64,000 nt of DNA, from assembly GCF_009914755.1 (NCBI RefSeq), contig NC_060939.1; one strand, written 5' to 3'. The stretch comes from the human T2T-CHM13v2.0 reference genome, Homo sapiens. Each line of letters begins with the position of its first letter. Position 1 is the stretch's first letter. Under the pieces are notes generated by a model. It searched no databases. It was not told the DNA's origin and saw nothing but the letters and a program-made list of their open reading frames with translations. This document shows positions 13,198 to 28,600 of this stretch, piece after piece. Both the position numbers and the translations under genes were made by a program.

Positions 13198-15005
13198 GGT
13201 ACCATTCCATATTGTTCCATTCGATTCCATTCGAATCCATTCCATTCCAGTCCATTCCATTCGATTCCATTCCATTCATTTCAATTCCATTCCATTCCAT
13301 TCCATTACATTCCACTTGATTCCTCTCCATTCCCTTCCACTGCATTCCGTTCGATTCCATTCCATTGCATTGCATTCCATTCCATTGGATTGCATTCCAT
13401 TCGATTCCATTCCATTCGAATCAATTACATAGCAATCCATTACATTCGAGTCTATTCTCTTCCGTTCCATTCGATTTCGTTCCAATCCATTCGATTCCAT
13501 TCCATTCGATTCCATTCCATACTATTGCATTCCATTCGATTACATTATATTCGAATAAGTTCCATTCAAGACCATTTCTTTTGAGTCCATTCTATTTGAG
13601 TCCATTCCCTTTGATTCCATAACATTTGAGTCCATTCAATTCCATTCCTTTCGTTTCCATTCCATTTGATGCCATTCCATTCAATTCTGTTCTACTCGAC
13701 TCCAATACATTCAATTCCATTCCATCCGATTCCATTACATTCTTTTCATTTCTTATCCATTTCAAGCCATTCCACTCCATTCCATTCCACTCGTTTCCTT
13801 TCCATTCGAGTCCATTCCTCTCCAGTCCATTCCGTTCAATCCATTCCATTCCAGTCCATTCCATTCGAGTCCGTTCCATTCCAGTCCATTCCATTCGAGT
13901 CAATTCCATTCCATTCGATGTCTTTCCATAACGATCCATTCCATTCTATTCCTTTCGATTCCATTCCATTCTATTTCATTCCATTCGATTCCCTTCCATT
14001 GGACTCCTTTCCATTCGAGTGCATTCCATTCCGTTCCATTTCTTTCCGTTCTGTACGATTCCTACCGTTCGATTTCATTTTGTTCCAGTCCATTCTTTCG
14101 CGTCCATTCCATTCCATTTCACTCCATTCGATTCCATTCCACTCGATTCCACTTCGTTCCATTTCATTGCATTCCATTCTATTCAACTCTATTGCCTTCC
14201 ATTCCATTCCATTCGATTACATTCCATGCGATTCCATTCGAAATCGAATCAATTACATTGCAATCCATTACTATTGAGTCCGTTTTATTCCAGTCCACTG
14301 CATTCTGGTCCATTCCATTTGATTCCATTCCATTCTATTCCATTCCATACAGTTGCATTCCATTGGATTCCATGCTATATCTATAAATTCAATTCGAGAC
14401 CATTGCTTTTGAGTCCATTCTATATGATTCCATTCCATTCAAGTCCATTACATTTGGTTAAATTCCATTCCATTCGGTTCAATTCCATTCCATTCCATTC
14501 CCTTCCATTCCATTCCAGTTGATATCAATCCATTCGATTCCATTCCATTCGAGCACATTCCATTCGAGTCCATTCCATTCGATGCCATTCCATTTGATTC
14601 TATTCCATTAGTCTCCATTCAATTCCATTAATCTCCATTCCATTCCATTCTACTCCAACTGATTCCATTCCATTCTATTCCTTTCCATTCCATTTCATTC
14701 CATTCCATTCCATTCCATTCCATTCCATTCGTGTCCATTCCACTCCAGTCCATTCCATTCGTATCCATTCCATTCCAGTCCATTCCATTTGTGTCCACTG
14801 CATTCCATTCCACTCCATTCCATATTATTCCATTACACTCCATTCCATTCTATTACTTTCATTTCCATTCAATTCCATTCCATTTGATTCCATTCCACTC
14901 GGTTTCATTCCATTTGAGTCCACTCCATTCCATTCCATTCCATTCCATTCAGTTCCATTCCATTCTGTTCCATTCCATTCCGTTCCATTACATTCCATTC
15001 CATTC
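13198..15005 (+). repeat. Representative long-type (type B) monomer, 1808 bp KpnI to KpnI
   Basis: It carries CATTCTTTCGCG (1 bp shorter, ~14091), the 20-bp duplication GGTTAAATTCCATTCCATTC-GGTTCAATT (~14456) and CCAGTTGATATC. Confidence 0.9.
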
Positions 15006-18000
15006 GGTACCATTCCATATTGTTCCATTCGATTCCATTCGAATCCATTCCATTCCAGTCCATTCCATTCGATTCCATTCCATTCATTTCAATTCCATTC
15101 CATTCCATTCCATTCCATTCCACTTGATTCCTCTCCATTCCCTTCCACTGCATTCCGTTCGATTCCATTCCATTGCATTGCATTCCATTCCATTGGATTG
15201 CATTCCATTCGATTCCATTCCATTCGAATCAATTACATAGCAATCCATTACATTCGAGTCTATTCTCTTCCGTTCCATTCGATTTCGTTCCAATCCATTC
15301 GATTCCATTCCATTCGATTCCATTCCATACTATTGCATTCCATTCGATTACATTATATTCGAATAAGTTCCATTCAAGACCATTTCTTTTGAGTCCATTC
15401 TATTTGAGTCCATTCCCTTTGATTCCATAACATTTGAGTCCATTCAATTCCATTCCTTTCGTTTCCTTTCCATTTGATGCCATTCCATTCAATTCTGTTC
15501 TACTCGACTCCAATACATTCAATTCCATTCCATCCGATTCCATTACATTCTTTTCATTTCTTATCCATTTCAAGCCATTCCACTCCATTCCATTCCACTC
15601 GTTTCCTTTCCATTCGAGTCCATTCCTCTCCAGTCCATTCCGTTCAATCCATTCCATTCCAGTCCATTCCATTCGAGTCCGTTCCATTCCAGTCCATTCC
15701 ATTCGAGTCAATTCCATTCCATTCGATGTCTTTCCATAACGATCCATTCCATTCTATTCCTTTCGATTCCATTCCATTCTATTTCATTCCATTCGATTCC
15801 CTTCCATTGGACTCCTTTCCATTCGAGTGCATTCCATTCCGTTCCATTTCTTTCCGTTCTGTACGATTCCTACCGTTCGATTTCATTTTGTTCCAGTCCA
15901 TTCTTTCGCGTCCATTCCATTCCATTTCACTCCATTCGATTCCATTCCACTCGATTCCACTTCGTTCCATTTCATTGCATTCCATTCTATTCAACTCTAT
16001 TGCCTTCCATTCCATTCCATTCGATTACATTCCATGCGATTCCATTCGAAATCGAATCAATTACATTGCAATCCATTACTATTGAGTCCGTTTTATTCCA
16101 GTCCACTGCATTCTGGTCCATTCCATTTGATTCCATTCCATTCTATTCCATTCCATACAGTTGCATTCCATTGGATTCCATGCTATATCTATAAATTCAA
16201 TTCGAGACCATTGCTTTTGAGTCCATTCTATATGATTCCATTCCATTCAAGTCCATTACATTTGGTTAAATTCCATTCCATTCGGTTCAATTCCATTCCA
16301 TTCCATTCCCTTCCATTCCATTCCAGTTGATATCAATCCATTCGATTCCATTCCATTCGAGCACATTCCATTCGAGTCCATTCCATTCGATGCCATTCCA
16401 TTTGATTCTATTCCATTAGTCTCCATTCAATTCCATTAATCTCCATTCCATTCCATTCTACTCCAACTGATTCCATTCCATTCTATTCCTTTCCATTCCA
16501 TTTCATTCCATTCCATTCCATTCCATTCCATTCCATTCGTGTCCATTCCACTCCAGTCCATTCCATTCGTATCCATTCCATTCCAGTCCATTCCATTTGT
16601 GTCCACTGCATTCCATTCCACTCCATTCCATATTATTCCATTACACTCCATTCCATTCTATTACTTTCATTTCCATTCAATTCCATTCCATTTGATTCCA
16701 TTCCACTCGGTTTCATTCCATTTGAGTCCACTCCATTCCATTCCATTCCATTCCATTCAGTTCCATTCCATTCTGTTCCATTCCATTCCGTTCCATTACA
16801 TTCCATTCCATTCGGTACCATTCCATATTGTTCCATTCGATTCCATTCGAATCCATTCCATTCCAGTCCATTCCATTCGATTCCATTCCATTCATTTCAA
16901 TTCCATTCCATTCCATTCCATTCCATTCCACTTGATTCCTCTCCATTCCCTTCCACTGCATTCCGTTCGATTCCATTCCATTGCATTGCATTCCATTCCA
17001 TTGGATTGCATTCCATTCGATTCCATTCCATTCGAATCAATTACATAGCAATCCATTACATTCGAGTCTATTCTCTTCCGTTCCATTCGATTTCGTTCCA
17101 ATCCATTCGATTCCATTCCATTCGATTCCATTCCATACTATTGCATTCCATTCGATTACATTATATTCGAATAAGTTCCATTCAAGACCATTTCTTTTGA
17201 GTCCATTCTATTTGAGTCCATTCCCTTTGATTCCATAACATTTGAGTCCATTCAATTCCATTCCTTTCGTTTCCATTCCATTTGATGCCATTCCATTCAA
17301 TTCTGTTCTACTCGACTCCAATACATTCAATTCCATTCCATCCGATTCCATTACATTCTTTTCATTTCTTATCCATTTCAAGCCATTCCACTCCATTCCA
17401 TTCCACTCGTTTCCTTTCCATTCGAGTCCATTCCTCTCCAGTCCATTCCGTTCAATCCATTCCATTCCAGTCCATTCCATTCGAGTCCGTTCCATTCCAG
17501 TCCATTCCATTCGAGTCAATTCCATTCCATTCGATGTCTTTCCATAACGATCCATTCCATTCTATTCCTTTCGATTCCATTCCATTCTATTTCATTCCAT
17601 TCGATTCCCTTCCATTGGACTCCTTTCCATTCGAGTGCATTCCATTCCGTTCCATTTCTTTCCGTTCTGTACGATTCCTACCGTTCGATTTCATTTTGTT
17701 TCAATCCATTCTTTCGCGTCCATTCCATTCCATTTCACTCCATTCGATTCCATTCCACTCGATTCCACTTCGTTCCATTTCATTGCATTCCATTCTATTC
17801 AACTCTATTGCCTTCCATTCCATTCCATTCCATTACATTCCATGCGATTCCATTCTAAATCGAATCAATTACATTGCAATCCATTACTATTGAGTCCGTT
17901 TTATTCCAGTCCACTGCATTCTGGTCCATTCCATTTGATTCCATTCCATTCTATTCCATTCCATACAGTTGCATTCCATTGGATTCCATGCTATATCTAT

Positions 18001-21000
18001 AAATTCAATTCGAGACCATTGCTTTTGAGTCCATTCTATATGATTCCATTCCATTCAAGTCCATTACATTTGGTTAAATTCCATTCCATTCGGTTCAATT
18101 CCATTCCATTCCATTCCCTTCCATTCCATTCCAGTTGATATCAATCCATTCGATTCCATTCCATTCGAGCACATTCCATTCGAGTCCATTCCATTCGATG
18201 CCATTCCATTTGATTCTATTCCATTAGTCTCCATTCAATTCCATTAATCTCCATTCCATTCCATTCTACTCCAACTGATTCCATTCCATTCTATTCCTTT
18301 CCATTCCATTTCATTCCATTCCATTCCATTCCATTCCATTCCATTCCATTCCATTCGTGTCCATTCCACTCCAGTCCATTCCATTCGTATCCATTCCATT
18401 CCAGTCCATTCCATTTGTGTCCACTGCATTCCATTCCACTCCATTCCATATTATTCCATTACACTCCATTCCATTCTATTACTTTCATTTCCATTCAATT
18501 CCATTCCATTTGATTCCATTCCACTCGGTTTCATTCCATTTGAGTCCACTCCATTCCATTCCATTCCATTCAGTTCCATTCCATTCTGTTCCATTCCATT
18601 CCGTTCCGTTACATTCCATTCCATTCGGTACCATTCCATATTGTTCCATTCGATTCCATTCGAATCCATTCCATTCCAGTCCATTCCATTCGATTCCATT
18701 CCATTCATTTCAATTCCATTCCATTCCATTCCATTACATTCCACTTGATTCCTCTCCATTCCCTTCCACTGCATTCCGTTCGATTCCATTCCATTGCATT
18801 GCATTCCATTCCATTGGATTGCATTCCATTCGATTCCATTCCATTCGAATCAATTACATAGCAATCCATTACATTCGAGTCTATTCTCTTCCGTTCCATT
18901 CGATTTCGTTCCAATCCATTCGATTCCATTCCATTCGATTCCATTCCATACTATTGCATTCCATTCGATTACATTATATTCGAATAAGTTCCATTCAAGA
19001 CCATTTCTTTTGAGTCCATTCTATTTGAGTCCATTCCCTTTGATTCCATAACATTTGAGTCCATTCAATTCCATTCCTTTCGTTTCCATTCCATTTGATG
19101 CCATTCCATTCAATTCTGTTCTACTCGACTCCAATACATTCAATTCCATTCCATCCGATTCCATTACATTCTTTTCATTTCTTATCCATTTCAAGCCATT
19201 CCACTCCATTCCATTCCACTCGTTTCCTTTCCATTCGAGTCCATTCCTCTCCAGTCCATTCCGTTCAATCCATTCCATTCCAGTCCATTCCATTCGAGTC
19301 CGTTCCATTCCAGTCCATTCCATTCGAGTCAATTCCATCCCATTCGATGTCTTTCCATAACGATCCATTCCATTCTATTCCTTTCGATTCCATTCCATTC
19401 TATTTCATTCCATTCGATTCCCTTCCATTGGACTCCTTTCCATTCGAGTGCATTCCATTCCGTTCCATTTCTTTCCGTTCTGTACGATTCCTACCGTTCG
19501 ATTTCATTTTGTTCCAGTCCATTCCTTTCGCGTCCATTCCATTCCATTTCACTCCATTCGATTCCATTCCACTCGATTCCACTTCGTTCCATTTCATTGC
19601 ATTCCATTCTATTCAACTCTATTGCCTTCCATTCCATTCCATTCGATTACATTCCATGCGATTCCATTCGAAATCGAATCAATTACATTGCAAACCATTA
19701 CTATTGAGTCCGTTTTATTCCAGTCCACTGCATTCTGGTCCATTCCATTTGATTCCATTCCATTCTATTCCATTCCATACAGTTGCATTCCATTGGATTC
19801 CATGCTATATCTATAAATTCAATTCGAGACCATTGCTTTTGAGTCCATTCTATATGATTCCATTCCATTCAAGTCCATTACATTTGGTTCAATTCCATTC
19901 CATTCCATTCCCTTTCATTCCATTCCATTTGATATCAATCCATTCGATTCCATTCCATTCGAGCACATTCCATTTGATTCTATTCCATTAGTCTCCATTC
20001 ATTTCCATTAATCTCCATTCCATTCCATTCTACTCCAACTGATTCCATTCCATTCTATTCCTTTCCATTCCATTTCATTCCATTCCATTCCATTTCATTC
20101 CATTCCATTCCATTCGTGTCCATTCCACTCCAGTCCATTCCATTCGTGTCCATTCCATTCCAGTCCATTCCATTTGTGTCCACTGCATTCCATTCCACTC
20201 CATTCCATATTATTCCATTACACTCCATTCCATTCTATTACTTTCATTTCCATTCAATTCCATTCCATTTGATTCCATTCCACTCGGTTTCATTCCATTT
20301 GAGTCCACTCCATTCCATTCCATTCCATTCCATTCAGTTCCATTCCATTCTGTTCCATTCCATTCCGTTCCATTACATTCCATTCCATTCGGTACCATTC
20401 CATATTGTTCCATTCGATTCCATTCGAATCCATTCCATTCCAGTCCATTCCATTCAATTCCATTCCATTCATTTCAATTCCATTCCATTCCATTCCATTA
20501 CATTCCACTTGATTCCTGTCCGTTCCCTTCCACTGCATTCCATTCGATTCCATTCCATTGCATTGCATTCCATTCCATTGGATTGCATTCCATTCGATTC
20601 CATTCCATTCGAATCAATTACATAGCAATCCATTACATTCGAGTCTATTCTATTCCGTTCCATTCGATTTCGTTCCAATCCATTCGATTCCATTCCATTC
20701 GATTCCATTCCATACTATTACATTCCATTCGATTACATTATATTCGAATAAGTTCCATTCAAGACCATTGCTTTTGAGTCCATTCTATTTGAGTCCATTC
20801 CCTTTGATTCCATAACATTTGAGTCCATTCAATTCCATTCCTTTCGTTTCCATTCCATTTGATGCCATTCCATTCAATTCTGTTCTACTCGACTCCAATA
20901 CATTCAATTCCATTCCATCCGATTCCATTACATTCTTTTCATTTCTTATCCATTTCAAGCCATTCCACTCCATTCCATTCCACTCGTTTCCTTTCCATTC

Positions 21001-23760
21001 GAGTCCATTCCTCTCCAGTCCATTCCGTTCAATCCATTCCATTCCAGTCCATTCCATTCGAGTCCGTTCCATTCCAGTCCATTCCATTCGAGTCAATTCC
21101 ATCCCATTCGATGTCTTTCCATAACGATCCATTCCATTCTATTCCTTTCTATTCCATTCCATTCTATTTCATTCCATTCGATTCCCTTCCATTGGACTCC
21201 TTTCCATTCGAGTGCATTCCATTCCGTTCCATTTCTTTCCGTTCTGTACGATTCCTACCGTTCGATTTCATTTTGTTCCAGTCCATTCCTTTCGCGTCCA
21301 TTCCATTCCATTTCACTCCATTCGATTCCATTCCACTCGATTCCACTTCGTTCCATTTCATTGCATTCCATTCTATTCAACTCTATTGCCTTCCATTCCA
21401 TTCCATTCGATTACATTCCATGCGATTCCATTCGAAATCGAATCAATTACATTGCAATCCATTACTATTGAGTCCATTTTATTCCAGTCCACTGCATTCT
21501 GGTCCATTCCATTTGATTCCATTCCATTCTATTCCATTCCATACAGTTGCATTCCATTGGATTCCATTCTATATCTATAAATTCAATTCGAGACCATTGC
21601 TTTTGAGTCCATTCTATATGATTCCATTCCATTCAAGTCCATTACATTTGGTTCAATTCCATTCCATTCCATTCCCTTCCATTCCATTCCAGTTGATATC
21701 AATCCATTCGATTCCATTCCATTCGAGCACATTCCATTCGAGTCCATTCCATTCGATGCCATTCCATTTGATTCTATTCCATTAGTCTCCATTCAATTCC
21801 ATTAATCTCCATTCCATTCCATTCTACTCCAACTGATTCCATTCCATTCTATTCCTTTCCATTCCATTTCATTCCATTCCATTCCATTTCATTCCATTCC
21901 ATTCCATTCGTGTCCATTCCACTCCAGTCCATTCCATTCGTGTCCATTCCATTCCAGTCCATTCCATTTGTGTCCACTGCATTCCATTCCACTCCATTCC
22001 ATATTATTCCATTACACTCCATTCCATTCTATTACTTTCATTTCCATTCAATTCCATTCCATTTGATTCCATTCCACTCGGTTTCATTCCATTTGAGTCC
22101 ACTCCATTCCATTCCATTCCATTCAGTTCCATTCCATTCTGTTCCATTCCATTCCGTTCCATTACATTCCATTCCATTCGGTACCATTCCATATTGTTCC
22201 ATTCGATTCCATTCGAATCCATTCCATTCCAGTCCATTCCATTCGATTCCATTCCATTCATTTCAATTCCATTCCATTCCATTCCATTACATTCCACTTG
22301 ATTCCTCTCCATTCCCTTCCAGTGCATTCCGTTCGATTCCATTCCATTGCATTGCATTCCATTCCATTGGATTGCATTCCATTCGATTCCATTCCATTCG
22401 AATCAATTACATAGCAATCCATTACATTCGAGTCTATTCTCTTCCGTTCCATTCGATTTCGTTCCAATCCATTCGATTCCATTCCATTCGATTCCATTCC
22501 ATACTATTGCATTCCATTCGATTACATTATATTCGAATAAGTTCCATTCAAGACCATTTCTTTTGAGTCCATTCTATTTGAGTCCATTCCCTTTGATTCC
22601 ATAACATTTGAGTCCATTCAATTCCATTCCTTTCGTTTCCATTCCATTTGATGCCATTCCATTCAATTCTGTTCTACTCGACTCCAATACATTCAATTCC
22701 ATTCCATCCGATTCCACTACATTCTTTTCATTTCTTATCCATTTCAAGCCATTCCACTCCATTCCATTCCACTCGTTTCCTTTCCATTCGAGTCCATTCC
22801 TCTCCAGTCCATTCCGTTCAATCCATTCCATTCCAGTCCATTCCATTCGAGTCCGTTCCATTCCAGTCCATTCCATTCGAGTCAATTCCATTCCATTCGA
22901 TGTCTTTCCATAACGATCCATTCCATTCTATTCCTTTCGATTCCATTCCATTCTATTTCATTCCATTCGATTCCCTTCCATTGGACTCCTTTCCATTCGA
23001 GTGCATTCCATTCCGTTCCATTTCTTTCCGTTCTGTACGATTCCTACCGTTCGATTTCATTTTGTTCCAGTCCATTCTTTCGCGTCCATTCCATTCCATT
23101 TCACTCCATTCGATTCCATTCCACTCGATTCCACTTCGTTCCATTTCATTGCATTCCATTCTATTCAACTCTATTGCCTTCCATTCCATTCCATTCGATT
23201 ACATTCCATGCGATTCCATTCGAAATCGAATCAATTACATTGCAATCCATTACTATTGAGTCCGTTTTATTCCAGTCCACTGCATTCTGGTCCATTCCAT
23301 TTGATTCCATTCCATTCTATTCCATTCCATACAGTTGCATTCCATTGGATTCCATGCTATATCTATAAATTCAATTCGAGACCATTGCTTTTGAGTCCAT
23401 TCTATATGATTCCATTCCATTCAAGTCCATTACATTTGGTTCAATTCCATTCCATTCGGTTCAATTCCATTCCATTCCATTCCCTTCCATTCCATTCCAG
23501 TTGATATCAATCCATTCGATTCCATTCCATTCGAGCACATTCCATTCGAGTCCATTCCATTCGATGCCATTCCATTTGATTCTATTCCATTAGTCTCCAT
23601 TCAATTCCATTAATCTCCATTCCATTCCATTCTACTCCAACTGATTCCATTCCATTCTATTCCTTTCCATTCCATTTCATTCTATTCCATTCCATTCCAT
23701 TCCATTCCATTCCATTCGTGTCCATTCCACTCCAGTCCATTCCATTCGTATCCATTCCAT

Positions 23761-23910
23761 TCCAGTCCATTCCATTTGTGTCCACTGCATTCCATTCCAC
23801 TCCATTCCATATTATTCCATTAAACTCCATTCCATTCCAGTCCATTCCATTTGTGTCCACTGCATTCCATTCCACTCCATTCCATATTATTCCATTACAC
23901 TCCATTCCAT
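23761..23910 (+). repeat. Private 75-bp tandem duplication inside one monomer
   Basis: TCCAGTCCATTCCATTTGTGTCCACTGCATT...ATATTATTCCATTA(A/C)ACTCC begins at 23761 and again at 23836. This monomer is 1883 bp, against 1808 bp for its paralog at 37077-38885. Confidence 0.93.
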
Positions 23911-25560
23911 TCTATTACTTTCATTTCCATTCAATTCCATTCCATTTGATTCCATTCCACTCGGTTTCATTCCATTTGAGTCCACTCCATTCCATTCCAT
24001 TCCATTCAGTTCCATTCCATTCTGTTCCATTCCATTCCGTTCCATTACATTCCATTCCATTCGGTACCATTCCATATTGTTCCATTCGATTCCATTCGAA
24101 TCCATTCCATTCCAGTCCATTCCATTCGATTCCATTCCATTCATTTCAATTCCATTCCATTCCATTCCATTACATTCCACTTGATTCCTCTCCATTCCCT
24201 TCCACTGCATTCCGTTCGATTCCATTCCATTGCATTGCATTCCATTCTATTGGATTGCATTCCATTCGATTCCATTCCATTCGAATCAATTACATAGCAA
24301 TCCATTACATTCGAGTCTATTCTCTTCCGTTCCATTCGATTTCGTTCCAATCCATTCGATTCCATTTCATTCGGTTCCATTCCATACTATTGCATTCCAT
24401 TCGATTACATTATATTCGAATAAGTTCCATTCAAGACCATTTCTTTTGAGTCCATTCTATTTGAGTCCATTCCCTTTGATTCCATAACATTTGAGTCCAT
24501 TCAATTCCATTCCTTTCGTTTCCATTCCATTTGATGCCATTCCATTCAATTCTGTTCTACTCGACTCCAATACATTCAATTCCATTCCATCCGATTCCAT
24601 TACATTCTTTTCATTTCTTATCCATTTCAAGCCATTCCACTCCATTCCATTCCACTCGTTTCCTTTCCATTCGAGTCCATTCCTCTCCAGTCCATTCCGT
24701 TCAATCCATTCCATTCCAGTCCATTCCATTCGAGTCCGTTCCATTCCAGTCCATTCCATTCGAGTCAATTCCATTCCATTCGATGTCTTTCCATAACGAT
24801 CCATTCCATTCTATTCCTTTCGATTCCATTCCATTCTATTTCATTCCATTCGATTCCCTTCCATTGGACTCCTTTCCATTCGAGTGCATTCCATTCCGTT
24901 CCATTTCTTTCCGTTCTGTACGATTCCTACCGTTCGATTTCATTTTGTTCCAGTCCATTCTTTCGCGTCCATTCCATTCCATTTCACTCCATTCGATTCC
25001 ATTCCACTCGATTCCACTTCGTTCCATTTCATTGCATTCCATTCCATTCAACTCTATTGCCTTCCATTCCATTCCATTCCATTACATTCCATGCGATTCC
25101 ATTCGAAATCGAATCAATTACATTGCAATCCATTACTATTGAGTCCGTTTTATTCCAGTCCACTGCATTCTGGTCCATTCCATTTGATTCCATTCCATTC
25201 TATTCCATTCCATACAGTTGCATTCCATTGGATTCCATGCTATATCTATAAATTCAATTCGAGACCATTGCTTTTGAGTCCATTCTATATGATTCCATTC
25301 CATTCAAGTCCATTACATTTCGTTAAATTCCATTCCATTCGGTTCAATTCCATTCCATTCCATTCCCTTCCATTCCATTCCAGTTGATATCAATCCATTC
25401 GATTCCATTCCATTCGAGCACATTCCATTCGAGTCCATTCCATTCGATGCCATTCCATTTGATTCTATTCCATTAGTCTCCATTCAATTCCATTAATCTC
25501 CATTCCATTCCATTCTACTCCAACTGATTCCATTCCATTCTATTCCATTCCATTCCATTT

Positions 25561-25625
25561 CATTCCATTCAATTCCATTCCATTCCATTCCATTCCATTC
25601 CATTCCATTCCATTCCATTCCATTC
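25561..25625 (+). repeat. Longest allele of the variable pure (CATTC)n tract: 13 pentamers, 10 consecutive perfect copies at 25576-25625
   Basis: Direct count upstream of the GTGTCC landmark. The same tract has only 5 pentamers at ~333-357 and ~27375-27399. Confidence 0.88.
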
Positions 25626-28600
25626 GTGTCCATTCCACTCCAGTCCATTCCAATCGTATCCATTCCATTCCAGTCCATTCCATTTGTGTCCACTGCATTC
25701 CATTCCACTCCATTCCATATTATTCCATTACACTCCATTCCATTCTATTACTTTCATTTCCATTCAATTCCATTCCATTTGATTCCATTCAACTCGGTTT
25801 CATTCCATTTGAGTCCACTCCATTCCATTCCATTCCATTCAGTTCCATTCCATTCTGTTCCATTCCATTCCGTTCCATTACATTCCATTCCATTCGGTAC
25901 CATTCCATATTGTTCCATTCGATTCCATTCGAATCCATTCCATTCCAGTCCATTCCATTCGATTCCATTCCATTCATTTCAATTCCATTCCATTCCATTC
26001 CATTACATTCCACTTGATTCCTCTCCATTCCCTTCCAGTGCATTCCGTTCGATTCCATTCCATTGCATTGCATTCCATTCCATTGGATTGCATTCCATTC
26101 GATTCCATTCCATTCGAATCAATTACATAGCAATCCATTACATTCGAGTCTATTCTCTTCCGTTCCATTCGATTTCGTTCCAATCCATTCGATTCCATTC
26201 CATTCGATTCCATTCCATACTATTGCATTCCATTCGATTACATTATATTCGAATAAGTTCCATTCAAGACCATTTCTTTTGAGTCCATTCTATTTGAGTC
26301 CATTCCCTTTGATTCCATAACATTTGAGTCCATTCAATTCCATTCCTTTCGTTTCCATTCCATTTGATGCCATTCCATTCAATTCTGTTCTACTCGACTC
26401 CAATACATTCAATTCCATTCCATCCAATTCCATTACATTCTTTTCATTTCTTATCCATTTCAAGCCATTCCACTCCATTCCATTCCACTCGTTTCCTTTC
26501 CATTCGAGTCCATTCCTCTCCAGTCCATTCCGTTCAATCCATTCCATTCCAGTCCATTCCATTCGAGTCCGTTCCATTCCAGTCCATTCCATTCGAGTCA
26601 ATTCCATTCCATTCGATGTCTTTCCATAACGATCCATTCCATTCTATTCCTTTCGATTCCATTCCATTCTATTTCATTCCATTCGATTCCCTTCCATTGG
26701 ACTCCTTTCCATTCGAGTGCATTCCATTCCGTTCCATTTCTTTCCGTTCTGTACGATTCCTACCGTTCGATTTCATTTTGTTCCAGTCCATTCCTTTCGC
26801 GTCCATTCCATTCCATTTCACTCCATTCGATTCCATTCCCCTCGATTCCACTTCGTTCCATTTCATTGCATTCCATTCTATTCAACTCTATTGCCTTCCA
26901 TTCCATTCCATTCGATTACATTCCATGCGATTCCATTCGAAATCGAATCAATTACATTGCAAACCATTACTATTGAGTCCGTTTTATTCCAGTCCACTGC
27001 ATTCTGGTCCATTCCATTTGATTCCATTCCATTCTATTCCATTCCATACAGTTGCATTCCATTGGATTCCATGCTATATCTATAAATTCAATTCGAGACC
27101 ATTGCTTTTGAGTCCATTCTATATGATTCCATTCCATTCAAGTCCATTACATTTGGTTCAATTCCATTCCATTCCATTCCCTTCCATTCCATTCCATTTG
27201 ATATCAATCCATTCGATTCCATTCCATTCGAGCACATTCCATTCGAGTCCATTCCATTCGATGCCATTCCATTTGATTCTATTCCATTAGTCTCCATTCA
27301 ATTCCATTAATCTCCATTCCATTCCATTCTACTCCAACTGATTCCATTCCATTCTATTCCTTTCCATTCCATTTCATTCCATTCCATTCCATTCCATTCG
27401 TGTCCATTCCACTCCAGTCCATTCCATTCGTATCCATTCCATTCCAGTCCATTCCATTTGTGTCCACTGCATTCCATTCCACTCCATTCCATATTATTCC
27501 ATTACACTCCATTCCATTCTATTACTTTCATTTCCATTCAATTCCATTCCATTTGATTCCATTCCACTCGGTTTCATTCCATTTGAGTCCACTCCATTCC
27601 ATTCCATTCCATTCAGTTCCATTCCATTCTGTTCCATTCCATTCCGTTCCATTACATTCCATTCCATTCGGTACCATTCCATATTGTTCCATTCGATTCC
27701 ATTCGAATCCATTCCATTCCAGTCCATTCCATTCGATTCCATTCCATTCATTTCAATTCCATTCCATTCCATTCCATTCCACTTGATTCCTCTCCATTCC
27801 CTTCCACTGCATTCCGTTCGATTCCATTCCATTGCATTGCATTCCATTCCATTGGATTGCATTCCATTCGATTCCATTCCATTCGAATCAATTACGTAGC
27901 AATCCATTACATTCGAGTGTATTCTCTTCCGTTCCATTCGATTTCGTTCCAATCCATTCGATTCCATTCCATTCGATTCCATTCCATACTATTGCATTCC
28001 ATTCGATTACATTATATTCGAATAAGTTCCATTCAAGACCATTTCTTTTGAGTCCATTCTATTTGAGTCCATTCCCTTTGATTCCATAACATTTGAGTCC
28101 ATTCAATTCCATTCCTTTCGTTTCCATTCCATTTGATGCCATTCCATTCAATTCTGTTCTACTCGACTCCAATACATTCAATTCCATTCCATCCGATTCC
28201 ATTACATTCTTTTCATTTCTTATCCATTTCAAGCCATTCCACTCCATTCCATTCCACTCGTTTCCTTTCCATTCGAGTCCATTCCTCTCCAGTCCATTCT
28301 GTTCAATCCATTCCATTCCAGTCCATTCCATTCGAGTCCGTTCCATTCCAGTCCATTCCATTCGAGTCAATTCCATCCCATTCGATGTCTTTCCATAACG
28401 ATCCATTCCATTCTATTCCTTTCGATTCCATTCCATTCTATTTCATTCCATTCGATTCCCTTCCATTGGACTCCTTTCCATTCGAGTGCATTCCATTCCG
28501 TTCCATTTCTTTCCGTTCTGTACGATTCCTACCGTTCGATTTCATTTTCTTCCAGTCCATTCTTTCGCGTCCATTCCATTCCATTTCACTCCATTCGATT

